Below, one piece after another: positions 28,190 to 37,280 of a stretch of 64,000 nucleotides of DNA; positions within the stretch are counted from its first letter, which is position 1; the number at the start of each line of letters is the position of its first letter. A model generated the notes under the pieces. That model made no database searches. It saw nothing but the letters and a program-made list of their open reading frames with translations, and had not been told where the DNA came from. A program made the position numbers and the translations under genes. Origin of the DNA: an uncultured Christensenellaceae bacterium (GTDB taxonomy: Bacteria; Bacillota; Clostridia; Christensenellales; UBA3700); NCBI GenBank assembly GCA_910588545.1, contig CAJUOU010000002.1:96228-160227 (forward strand). Reading direction: 5' to 3'.

Positions 28190-29068
28190 ATGTTTTCAGG
28201 CGTTGCTACTGCTCTTATCACACCGTTCAACTTTAAGGGTGTGGATTTTGAAGCTTACGGCAGACTAATAGAAGACCAAATTGCAAACGGAATAGATGCT
28301 TTGGTTGTGCTTGGCACAACAGGCGAGGCATCAACAATGTCACATGACGAAAAAGTGGCTACTATCAAATTTGCAATCGAAAAAATAAACAAAAGAGTAC
28401 CTGTTATAGTAGGTACAGGTTCTAACTGCACCGCAACTGCTGTTGAAAACAGTATCGAAGCCGAAAAATTGGGTGCAGACATGTTGCTTGTAGTTACACC
28501 ATACTATAACAAATGCACACAAGAGGGGCTTATTGCGCACTACTCTCAAATAGCAAGTGCAGTAAACACTCCTATCATCGCATACAATGTTCCTGGCAGA
28601 ACGGGCGTAAACATTTTGCCAAAGACAATCAAAGCCCTAGCAAACATTCCTAATATTGTTGCAGTAAAGGAAGCAAGTGGCAACATAAGCCAAATAGCAA
28701 GCGTTGTTGCCGAAGTACGCGGCAGTGATTTTAAAGTTTACAGCGGCGACGATGGTATTATTTTGCCTGTAATGAGCTTAGGAGCAGATGGTTTAATAAG
28801 CGTTGCAAGCAATGTCATCCCTAAACAAATGGTAGATATGGTAAAAGCTGCTAAAGAGGGAGATTTAAAAACAGCTCAAAACTTGTTTTTCAAATATCGT
28901 CCTTTGATGGAAGTAATGTTTTGCGAAACAAATCCTATTCCTGTAAAATTCGCTTGTTCAAAGTTAGGTTACGGTGAAAATTTGCCAAGGTTGCCTTTGA
29001 CACCTATTTCAGAGACAGGAAAAATAAAAGTATTGGACGAAATGTATAACGTCGGATTGATAAAATAA
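28190..29068 (+). CDS. dapA: 4-hydroxy-tetrahydrodipicolinate synthase
   Basis: DapA pattern ALITPF...GTTGE...YNVPGRT...VKEASG. Confidence 0.93.
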   Translation: MFSGVATALITPFNFKGVDFEAYGRLIEDQIANGIDALVVLGTTGEASTMSHDEKVATIKFAIEKINKRVPVIVGTGSNCTATAVENSIEAEKLGADMLLVVTPYYNKCTQEGLIAHYSQIASAVNTPIIAYNVPGRTGVNILPKTIKALANIPNIVAVKEASGNISQIASVVAEVRGSDFKVYSGDDGIILPVMSLGADGLISVASNVIPKQMVDMVKAAKEGDLKTAQNLFFKYRPLMEVMFCETNPIPVKFACSKLGYGENLPRLPLTPISETGKIKVLDEMYNVGLIK

Positions 29069-29091
29069 CAAAATTACTCTCGGAGGAGTTT

Positions 29092-29862
29092 ATGACTAAT
29101 GTATTAATATGGGGTATCGGTGGCAGAATGGGTCGAACTTTGCTTGAATGCCTTAACAAAAACAGCAATGCGAACGCTATAGGCGGTGTAGATAAATTTG
29201 CAAATAAAGCAGATTTTAATATCCCAATCTTCAAAAGTGTTTCCGAAATCAATGTAAAAGCAGACGTAATTATAGATTTTTCACGTGCGGAAGCAATTTA
29301 CGATTTTTTGCCATACGCTAAGGAAAATAAAATTCCGGTTGTGCTATGTACCACAGGTTATAGTGAGCTTGACTTGGACTATATTTCCGAAATGTCAAAA
29401 GAAATACCGCTATTTAAATCCAGCAATATGTCAATAGGTATTAACTTGCTTATCGATTTAGTTAAAAAAGCAACTAACCTTCTTGGCGAAAACTTTGATA
29501 TCGAACTTATCGAGCAACACCATAATGTAAAAGTTGATAGTCCATCGGGCACTGCACTTTCTATCGCAAATGCCATAAATGAAGAAATGAACAACACTTT
29601 AGAATTCAAGTTTGGCAGACACGATAGCAATGAACGACGCAAAAAAAATGAATTGGGTATTCATGCCGTAAGAGGTGGAACAGTTGTCGGCAAACATGAA
29701 GTACTATTTCTTGGAAATGACGAAATTATTACAATTAAACACGAGGCAAGCTCAAAAGCTGTTTTTGCCGAAGGTGCTGTAAAGGCTAGTATTTTTATGA
29801 CAAGCATAAAAACTCCGGGTATTTACAATATGAATGATTTAATTCAATCAACTGAAAATTAA
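29092..29862 (+). CDS. dapB: 4-hydroxy-tetrahydrodipicolinate reductase
   Basis: DapB signature ELIEQHHNVKVDSPSGTA. Confidence 0.9.
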   Translation: MTNVLIWGIGGRMGRTLLECLNKNSNANAIGGVDKFANKADFNIPIFKSVSEINVKADVIIDFSRAEAIYDFLPYAKENKIPVVLCTTGYSELDLDYISEMSKEIPLFKSSNMSIGINLLIDLVKKATNLLGENFDIELIEQHHNVKVDSPSGTALSIANAINEEMNNTLEFKFGRHDSNERRKKNELGIHAVRGGTVVGKHEVLFLGNDEIITIKHEASSKAVFAEGAVKASIFMTSIKTPGIYNMNDLIQSTEN

Positions 29863-29884
29863 TTACAAATCAATCACTTTAAAA

Positions 29885-29915
29885 AAGGGTTTGCAGTTTT
29901 TGCAAATCCTTTTTT
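29885..29915 (+). terminator. intrinsic terminator after dapB
   Basis: AAGGGTTTGCA/TGCAAATCCTT stem followed by a T-run. Confidence 0.7.
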
Positions 29916-30101
29916 CATTTAAAAATTTTTATTATAATTATAACAAATTTTTAATTAGCGGAAAAATTTTAAAACTTGATATATTTTATAAGCTTTTTGC
30001 AAATTATATTAAACATTTTATACGAAACTGACAAAGCTGTTTTTATAATGCTTAACGCATTGCAAATATTACCTATAAAAATATTGCTTTTATTAGAGTT
30101 A

Positions 30102-30304
30102 ATATCCACATAAAGTAGATAAATGCAAGATGTATTAATAGATTATATATCTCATTTCGATTAATAAAAAAAATATCAAGTCATTAAATTTTTTTATTTG
30201 ATTTATTTTATGAGAAATAGTGTAATATTTTGATTACACTGTCAATTTTACAACAAATTTGATTTTACTTTTTTATTCACACTTTATCTACACTCTGTGG
30301 ATTA
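30102..30304. promoter_or_regulatory. cluster of four near-consensus DnaA boxes in an AT-rich non-coding gap
   Basis: ATATCCACA (30102-30110), TTATTCACA (30273-30281), TTATCTACA (30284-30292) and TGTGGATTA (30296-30304). Each matches TTATCCACA at 8/9 positions. Confidence 0.3.
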
Positions 30305-30315
30305 TATAGCAAAAT

Positions 30316-30339
30316 AAATGCAGCTAAATAGCTGCATTT
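30316..30339 (-). terminator. bidirectional terminator after the lipoprotein gene
   Basis: AAATGCAGCT/AGCTGCATTT perfect 10-bp stem. Confidence 0.65.
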
Positions 30340-30360
30340 AAGTTTTTTAATAGTTTTTAA

Positions 30361-31266
30361 TTAAAATTGATTAAAATAATTACCTGTATTTACTTCTGCT
30401 CTATCGTAAGTAAAATAGGTGGTAGCAAGTAATGACGTTCTGTTTTCAAATCCCAATGCATTTACAATATATGACTCTTCATTTCCGATAGATTTGATTA
30501 GACCATTTTCCCACATTACTACAGTTAGTCTAAGTTTTGTAAAATTAATACCCTTTGGAGTTACGCCGCCCTTTTTAGTCTTATATTCCATTACTTTTAT
30601 ATAATCCTTAGTTGCAGTTTCTAAATCTAAAGTAATATTAAATTTATACGTTTTATTCTTTGCATCATAAATTGGTTTTGTTGATGTTTTTAAAGTTTTG
30701 CTATTAACAATAAACATGTTAATTTTAGTTAGGTCATCCGGGTATACTTGTAAGCCTTGTCCTAAGCTTTCAAAAACCTCGACTGCCGGCCATTTGGATA
30801 CACTCATAGTACCATCTTTTTCAACTTTAATGTCTTTTGAATTAGCTGACCTTACTCTATATTTACCATTTTCGTAAATACTTTGGTCGCTCATTTTTAT
30901 TGTTGGGCCACCTTTAATCGTATAGCTGCTAGAGCCCAAATAATATCTATTATCTTCTTTTATTTTTAAACAATCAAGTTTTTGGGTCATATTTCCCGTA
31001 AGCTTGTTGTTGGTAGTTATATTTCCTAGTTGACTTGAAGCAACAAAGCTTGCTGCTTTAAAATTTTTAACTCCTGCCTCGTACATTTGCAGTGCTGTCA
31101 TAGATTTATTAATCTTATATTGTGCAGTCACATTTTCCGGATACTTTTCGCCGAATGGTGCTGTCACTTCAACATCTGTCTCGATATCTTGCCCGCAAGC
31201 AACCAAAGTTAAACAAACTAAAACCATTAGAGCTGATACAAAGAAGCTTTTTAATGTTCTTTTCAT
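30361..31266 (-). CDS. lipoprotein, function unknown
   Basis: MKRTLKSFFVSALMVLVCLTLVACGQ (signal peptide plus lipobox). Start moved to ATG 31266, downstream of an AAGGAG SD. Confidence 0.65.
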   Translation of the reverse strand: MKRTLKSFFVSALMVLVCLTLVACGQDIETDVEVTAPFGEKYPENVTAQYKINKSMTALQMYEAGVKNFKAASFVASSQLGNITTNNKLTGNMTQKLDCLKIKEDNRYYLGSSSYTIKGGPTIKMSDQSIYENGKYRVRSANSKDIKVEKDGTMSVSKWPAVEVFESLGQGLQVYPDDLTKINMFIVNSKTLKTSTKPIYDAKNKTYKFNITLDLETATKDYIKVMEYKTKKGGVTPKGINFTKLRLTVVMWENGLIKSIGNEESYIVNALGFENRTSLLATTYFTYDRAEVNTGNYFNQF

Positions 31267-31652
31267 TATAAACTCCTTTTTTGTGTGGAATACACACATC
31301 TCTATACACTTAGCATACTACATAATCTGACAAAAATCAATATTTCAAAGGTTGCTTTGTGTAAATTTTACGTAAACAACGCCTTTTTTCAATGTTTTTA
31401 CTCAAATATTAATTGAAATTTGTACGATTTGCAGATATTTTATGCAAAAATTATTAACAACTTTACATTCATTTAGCAAAATTTAGCTTTTACGACTATA
31501 TTGGGCTGTTTTTCAGCCATAAATTTGCTGAATTATCAAGCGATATATGCCTATATGGTCATAATATAAACAATTAAATAGGTTATTTGTTTACTATTAT
31601 ATATTAATTGTAAAATGAAAATGTAAATTTGTTAAATTTTTTGTGTAATAGA

Positions 31653-31681
31653 TTGACATTTATACACATATACCCTAAAAT
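31653..31681 (+). promoter_or_regulatory. candidate promoter upstream of the degV pair
   Basis: TTGACA, 17-nt spacer, TAAAAT. Overlapped by an imperfect palindrome, TTTATACACATATA...TATATACATGTATAAA. Confidence 0.4.
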
Positions 31682-31862
31682 ATATACATGTATAAATAGT
31701 TAAGCTTGCATATTTGCGTAAACAACAGTATTTTAATTAAAAATGAATTATTCTTATTATTTATCACTGTAATATGCTACTATATGATATGTTTTGAATA
31801 AAACAAATATGCTATTTTGATTATTTACATATTATTAAGAAAAATTAATCAAAGGAGTACTT

Positions 31863-32756
31863 ATGTCTTATTTTATAACCACAGATGCTACTTGTGATTT
31901 CCCACAGGAACTATTAAATAATTTTACAAACTTTAAAATCATTCCAATGGCATACACCATTGACGATATAGAATATGGTATTGATAAACAACTTTCGGGT
32001 AAGGAATTTTACGATAAGGTAAGAAACGGTGCCATGCCGACTACATCCCTTATAACTACTTACACAGCAACCGAGTTTTTCAGGCCTATCTTAGAGGACG
32101 GCAACGATATACTTCATATTTGTTTTTCTTCAAGCTTAAGCAGTACTTACCAAAGCGTTACTTTAGCTGTTGAAGAATTAAAAAAGGAATTTCCCAATAG
32201 GAAAATATTTATGCTAGACTCTAAGGCTGCATGCTCGGGCGAAGCTTTGCTTGTTTACTATTCACTTAAAGCACGCGATAATGGTATGGATATCGAAAGC
32301 AACTATAACGAAACAGTTGAAAGACGTGACCACATTTGCCATTACTTTACACCAAATGATTTATATCATTTAATGCGTGGCGGTAGAGTAAGTAAAACCG
32401 CTGCTGTTGCAGGTACTTTACTTCAAATTAAACCTATGCTTTATGCAAATGTTGACGGAAAACTTTCTACAATAGGTAAAGTTAAAGGCAGAAAAAAAGC
32501 TCTTTTGGGACTTGTTGAATATATGCAAGACAAAATGATAGCAGATAAAAACGAAATTATTTTTATTGCTCACGCTGACTGCTTGGAAGACGCGGAATTT
32601 GTTAAGGAAAAAATTATCGAAAAAACAGGGCTTACCAATATAATAATCGATTATATAGGTCCGGTTATCGGCTCACACACGGGACAAGGCACGGTAGCAT
32701 TATTCTTTGTCGGAAAAGACAAAATCGAAGCTACGGACGATTTATTAAAACAATAA
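31863..32756 (+). CDS. DegV-family fatty-acid-binding protein (paralog 1)
   Basis: DegV pattern ITTDATCDFP...PTTSLIT...HICFSSSLSSTYQS...GRVSKTAA. Confidence 0.88.
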   Translation: MSYFITTDATCDFPQELLNNFTNFKIIPMAYTIDDIEYGIDKQLSGKEFYDKVRNGAMPTTSLITTYTATEFFRPILEDGNDILHICFSSSLSSTYQSVTLAVEELKKEFPNRKIFMLDSKAACSGEALLVYYSLKARDNGMDIESNYNETVERRDHICHYFTPNDLYHLMRGGRVSKTAAVAGTLLQIKPMLYANVDGKLSTIGKVKGRKKALLGLVEYMQDKMIADKNEIIFIAHADCLEDAEFVKEKIIEKTGLTNIIIDYIGPVIGSHTGQGTVALFFVGKDKIEATDDLLKQ

Positions 32757-32778
32757 AAACTGACACTACGGAGGGATT

Positions 32779-33669
32779 ATGTCTTATTACATTACAACCG
32801 ACGCGACTTGCGATTTTCCACAAGAATGGTCGTATTTTGAAAATTTTAAAATTATACCAATGACATACACAATAGGAGATACCGAGTATGGTATTGATAA
32901 AAATCTTTCAGGTAAGGAATTTTTTGATGCGATAAGAAATGGTGCCATGCCAACAACTTCGCTTATTACAAGTTTTTTTGCCGAAGAATTTTTTAGACCG
33001 ATATTAAAAGCAGGAAACGATATATTGCATATCTGTTTTTCTTCGAGCTTAAGTAGCACTTATCAAAATGTACTTACCGCAGTTGAAGAATTGAAGCAAG
33101 AATTCCCCCAACGTAAATTTTACATGCTTGACTCAAAATGTGCAACAACAGGCGAAGGTTTGCTTGCCTATTATGCATTAAAAGCCCGTGACAACGGTAT
33201 GAGCATTGAAGATAATTACAATGAAACTCTTATTCGTCGCGATAAAATTTGTGTTTATTTTACTCCTGATGACCTTTTCCACTTGATGAGAGGTGGCAGA
33301 GTAAGCAAAACCGCTGCTATAGCTGGCTCATTGCTTAAAATCAAGCCTATGCTTTATGTAAATAAAGACGGCAAGCTTTCAACAATAGATAAAATAAAAG
33401 GTAGAAAAAAAGCTATTTTGGAGCTAATCGACCATTTGCAAGACAAAATTATTCTTGAAGAAAATGATGTAATAATTATTCTTCACGCAGACTGCCCTGA
33501 CGATGCAGAGTTTTTAAAGGAAAAAATAATCGAAAAAACCGGTATTACAAATATACTTACCAATTATGTAGGACCTATCATTGGCTCACACACAGGCGCA
33601 GGCACAATAGCTTTAGGCTTTATTGGAAAAGACAAAATAGAGCCAAACGACGAATTGTTAGAAAAATAA
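32779..33669 (+). CDS. DegV-family fatty-acid-binding protein (paralog 2, tandem duplicate)
   Basis: Collinear with 31863-32756 and highly similar along the whole length (roughly two-thirds identical by eye). Confidence 0.88.
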   Translation: MSYYITTDATCDFPQEWSYFENFKIIPMTYTIGDTEYGIDKNLSGKEFFDAIRNGAMPTTSLITSFFAEEFFRPILKAGNDILHICFSSSLSSTYQNVLTAVEELKQEFPQRKFYMLDSKCATTGEGLLAYYALKARDNGMSIEDNYNETLIRRDKICVYFTPDDLFHLMRGGRVSKTAAIAGSLLKIKPMLYVNKDGKLSTIDKIKGRKKAILELIDHLQDKIILEENDVIIILHADCPDDAEFLKEKIIEKTGITNILTNYVGPIIGSHTGAGTIALGFIGKDKIEPNDELLEK

Positions 33670-33755
33670 ATATTGGACAAGTTTTACGGGACAAGTCATT
33701 ATTTTAAATTTTATAGCATATATTTACTTATAAAGATAAACAAAGGAGTAATTAT

Positions 33756-34391
33756 ATGCTATTATCATTTTTATACAACAAAACCATTATAGACTGCAAC
33801 CAAGCTCAAAATTTAGGTACAATAAGCAAGATACATGTCAATTACAAAAAAATCGATTATATCGAAACCAGCAGAAACGTAAAAATTGACGTAAAAAACA
33901 TTTATCAAATAAATGATGCTATTATGTACAAGTCCGAATACAGGAATTATCCAAACTTTAAATTCTTTAGAGTAGGCGGACAACTTGTGACTGACGACAA
34001 AGGTAAAATACACGGCAGATTGGTTGACCTTATGATAACCAAAGATTTTGATATAAAAAAGATAATTACCGACAATAAAAATCTTCTTAATGTAGAAATT
34101 CTTTCTATATCCGATGACGGACTAGTGTTTAAACGTATGCCAAAAGCAAAAAAGAAAGAAGTAAAAACAGATAAAATAGCAACCGTCGCTCCCGTAGGAC
34201 TTGTTACCACAATTTGCAATTACGGTTTTTTGATAGGTAGAATAACGCAGAAAAATATAACCGCAGGCAGTACCATAATAGTTCCCGCCGGTAAAAAAAT
34301 AAGCAAGCAAGATATAGATAATGTTCAAAAGCACGGCAAACTTATTGACTTGACGGTATATTCCAAGTTTTATAATATCGAAAATTTATAA
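33756..34391 (+). CDS. hypothetical protein (possible PRC-barrel-like repeats)
   Basis: GGAG SD present. No diagnostic motif recognised. Confidence 0.4.
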   Translation: MLLSFLYNKTIIDCNQAQNLGTISKIHVNYKKIDYIETSRNVKIDVKNIYQINDAIMYKSEYRNYPNFKFFRVGGQLVTDDKGKIHGRLVDLMITKDFDIKKIITDNKNLLNVEILSISDDGLVFKRMPKAKKKEVKTDKIATVAPVGLVTTICNYGFLIGRITQKNITAGSTIIVPAGKKISKQDIDNVQKHGKLIDLTVYSKFYNIENL

Positions 34392-34462
34392 ACATACTAT
34401 CGTTATTTCCAATCAAAAAGTATTTATAATATAAACAGTTTCTCCACTCAAATAGGACTTAT

Positions 34463-34511
34463 AAAAACAAACACTCTCTTTAATTCTACACTAAAGAGAG
34501 TGTTTGTTTTT
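34463..34511. terminator. bidirectional terminator between convergent genes
   Basis: Perfect 20-bp arms AAAAACAAACACTCTCTTTA / TAAAGAGAGTGTTTGTTTTT. Confidence 0.8.
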
Positions 34512-34534
34512 GAGTTTGCTAAATGCTAATATAC

Positions 34535-34660
34535 TTATTTGCAATTAGAACAATTTGAGCAATTTTTTGCACCGGATTTACTTACGCTTTTAGTTTGAGT
34601 TGATTTCTTAGACTTAGTTGCAGTCTTGTTTCCGGCACTGTTTTGTTGACTTCTTGCCAT
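34535..34660 (-). CDS. small (41 aa) Lys/Ser/Thr-rich protein with a C-terminal CxxCxxC motif
   Basis: MARSQQNSAGNKTATKSKKSTQTKSVSKSGAKNCSNCSNCK. The internal ATG at 34660 has a GAGGAG SD. Terminator lies immediately downstream. Composition resembles minor SASP-type spore proteins. Confidence 0.5.
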   Translation of the reverse strand: MARSQQNSAGNKTATKSKKSTQTKSVSKSGAKNCSNCSNCK

Positions 34661-34756
34661 AATTTTCTCCTCTGTAGCATCTACTGCTACAATAATATTT
34701 TGAGCAAGAGTAAACTTAATATACAAAACTCAAATTATTTATTTACCATTTAATTC

Positions 34757-36385
34757 CTACAATTTGTCAGGATGTACAAATGGCAAAACTTGCGCATCTC
34801 CGTCTATAATACAATTAAGCAAAATAGGCTCTTTAAAGTTGCGATGTTTTTCAATAATTTCCGTCAATTTGCTAGTACAGTCTATCGTATAGCTGTGTTT
34901 AACGCCATAAGCTTTTGCAAGCATTTCAAAATTTACCCTACCACTTATATTTACTCCCTCATAATGTTTTTTATAAAACTCCGTCTGCCATTGTTTAACC
35001 ATGCCCAAGGCTCCGTTATTCATGACTACAATCATGATTGGCAATTTATTTTCCACTGCAACCGCAAGCTCATTATTGTTCATCAAAAAACTTCCGTCGC
35101 CTGTTATAAGCACTCCTCTTTTGCTTGTGGCAATAACACCGCCTATACAACTACCCAAGCCATACCCCATTGCTCCTAGCCCGCAAGAAGTTAAAAATGT
35201 TCTTGGTTTTTTAAACGGATATGTTTGAGCTGTCCATAATTGATGCTGCCCCACATCGGTAGAAATTATGTCATCCTCACGCAAACCATTTGCCAATAAT
35301 TTTATAATATTATTAGGCGAAAAACCTTGGTTATCGTACACATAGTCTTTTTGCTTTTGAGTGTTAATAAAATCCCACCAATCACTATTTTGACGTTTTT
35401 TAACCATAGGAAAAATTTGTCCTAAAAATTCGGTTACCGAGCTTTTTATCAAGCAATCGCACTCGACGTTTTTATTAAGCTCCACCAAATCAATATCAAC
35501 ATGTACTATTTTTTGACTGCAAAGTTTTTCCTGTACATTTGCCCTATCATTAAACCTAACACCCAACGCCAACACCAAATCGGCATCATTTTTTATTGAA
35601 TTTGCACAAACATTACCGTGCATACCCGTCATACCGATATTATATTGTGAATCATAAGGAATTGCAGTTTTGCCCATCATTGTACATGCAACAGGTGCAT
35701 CGATAAGTTTTGCAAGTTCCAACACCTTTTCTCCTGCATTGTCACTTACCACACCGCCGCCACAATAAATAAGCGGTTTGTTGCTACTATTTATAAGTTC
35801 TGCTGCTTTTTCATAGTCGGGTTTATAGTTTAGAACTTTTTTATGAATTTTAGCAGTCAAATTACCATAATATTCACATTTTTTATTAAGGATATCTTTA
35901 GGCATATCTATAAGTACAGGTCCTGGTCGGCCACTTTTCGCAATCTCAAACGCATCCACGATAGTCTGTTCCAAATCTTCAACATTTCTGCACAAATAGC
36001 TGTATTTGACTACAGGCATTGTAATACCGTAAATATCTACTTCCTGAAAGCTGTCCTGTCCAAGCTTGCTGTTTGAAACATTACCTGTAAAAACTACTAT
36101 AGGTACGGAATCCAAAAAACTGTTTGCTATCCCCGTTACCAAATTGGTTGCCCCGGGACCCGAAGTTGCAAGCACAACTCCGACTTTCCCGCTTGACCTA
36201 GCATAGCCGTCTGCTGCAAAAGTCGCGCCTTGTTCAGACGACATAAGGTAATGTTTAACCTTTCCGCGAGCTTTGTAAATTTCCTCATAAATATCCAAAA
36301 TGCTACCGCCCGGATATCCGAATATACATTCGACCCCAAGTCTTTGCAAGCTTTCCAATATTATTTTTGCACCGGTATATCTCAT
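34757..36385 (-). CDS. ilvB: acetolactate synthase large subunit-type thiamine-diphosphate enzyme
   Basis: FGYPGGSILDIYEE, GATNLVTGIANSFLDSVPIVVFTGNV, and the TPP-binding region GDGSFLMNNNELA...NN. No small-subunit gene is adjacent. Start is 36385 or 36400. Confidence 0.75.
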   Translation of the reverse strand: MRYTGAKIILESLQRLGVECIFGYPGGSILDIYEEIYKARGKVKHYLMSSEQGATFAADGYARSSGKVGVVLATSGPGATNLVTGIANSFLDSVPIVVFTGNVSNSKLGQDSFQEVDIYGITMPVVKYSYLCRNVEDLEQTIVDAFEIAKSGRPGPVLIDMPKDILNKKCEYYGNLTAKIHKKVLNYKPDYEKAAELINSSNKPLIYCGGGVVSDNAGEKVLELAKLIDAPVACTMMGKTAIPYDSQYNIGMTGMHGNVCANSIKNDADLVLALGVRFNDRANVQEKLCSQKIVHVDIDLVELNKNVECDCLIKSSVTEFLGQIFPMVKKRQNSDWWDFINTQKQKDYVYDNQGFSPNNIIKLLANGLREDDIISTDVGQHQLWTAQTYPFKKPRTFLTSCGLGAMGYGLGSCIGGVIATSKRGVLITGDGSFLMNNNELAVAVENKLPIMIVVMNNGALGMVKQWQTEFYKKHYEGVNISGRVNFEMLAKAYGVKHSYTIDCTSKLTEIIEKHRNFKEPILLNCIIDGDAQVLPFVHPDKL

Positions 36386-36617
36386 AACAACACCACTCAT
36401 TATTTTATTAAAGTTATTTTAACACATTAAACAAAAATATACAAGATTTTAATGTAATTTTTAAAAATAATACTCATTCTTTAATTATCGTCCAATAAGT
36501 CATACCTCAAAATTTTATTTGTATTCTTTTTATCATAAGTTTAGCAAACAATACGCTGTCATTTTTTTATTGCAAACTTTAAATATTCTTGTAGAATATA
36601 ACGTAAGGAGACTAATT

Positions 36618-37140
36618 ATGACATACAAAAATTAGTTGGAAGAATGGCTAAATAATTTCATTAAAATTTCAAACAAACAACGAACTTTTGAGAGTTACAA
36701 AAACATTATATACTTGCAAAATTATTAATGATTTAGTAATTCCTGAAAATGTTACAAAGATATCGAGTTTTGCCGTCTGCAATAACGACGAGCTAACTAA
36801 CATAACACTAGCAGATAATGTAACAAAAATAGAATATCAAGTTTTTTTATAAGTGCACATGACTATCTGACATTAACCATAATAAAGTGGCTTTGATAGA
36901 GAGTTATGCATTTTATGAATGTGAGAATATAACAAATATTACAGTTTCCGATAGTCTAAAAAGTATTAGACATTCAGCATTTCAAGATTGTATATGTGTG
37001 GAAACAATGAATTTATGTAGCAAAAACTACTAAATCAATAATATAAATAAAGACTATGAGTGGAATTTTAGAACATATAATAATTATGCAGAAATTTTAC
37101 TGATGTTAGACTTGATATATACGACAACTCTGTCGAAGCA
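36618..37140 (+). pseudogene. decayed gene patch: a tyrosine-integrase N-terminal remnant fused to fragments of a BspA-type leucine-rich-repeat protein
   Basis: MTYKN*LEEWLNNFIKISNKQRTFESYKNIIYLQNY* (SAM-like integrase N-terminal pattern with an in-frame stop). Followed by LVIPENVTKISSFAVCNNDELTNITLADNVTKIEYQVF and ESYAFYECENITNITVSDSLKSIRHSAFQDC, interrupted by stops and frameshifts. Confidence 0.65.
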
Positions 37141-37213
37141 TTTGGAAATTAATAATAAAAACAACGATTAAGTTTTAATCGTTGTTTATTTGATATAGTT
37201 TTGAGCAAAACGA

Positions 37214-37248
37214 AAACTAAAGGACAGCGAAACGCTGTCCTTTAGTTT
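37214..37248 (-). terminator. intrinsic terminator after the CofE-like gene
   Basis: AAACTAAAGGACAGCG/CGCTGTCCTTTAGTTT 16-bp stem. Confidence 0.75.
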
Positions 37249-37280
37249 ACTATAATTTAATAATTTAGCAATTAATTAAA

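Noticed and set aside
30000-30360. Chromosomal replication origin (oriC), suggested by DnaA boxes plus an AT-rich tract
   Set aside because: No dnaA, dnaN or other origin-linked genes are nearby, and the gene-strand bias (predominantly minus) does not switch at this point. All boxes are 8/9 matches in AT-rich DNA. Kept only as a possible DnaA-box cluster.
36618-37140. Active mobile element, or the recombinase that flips the invertons
   Set aside because: Only about 35 codons of an integrase N-terminus remain, with an in-frame stop and no catalytic domain. No flanking direct or inverted repeats were seen. It lies 22 kb from the switches.
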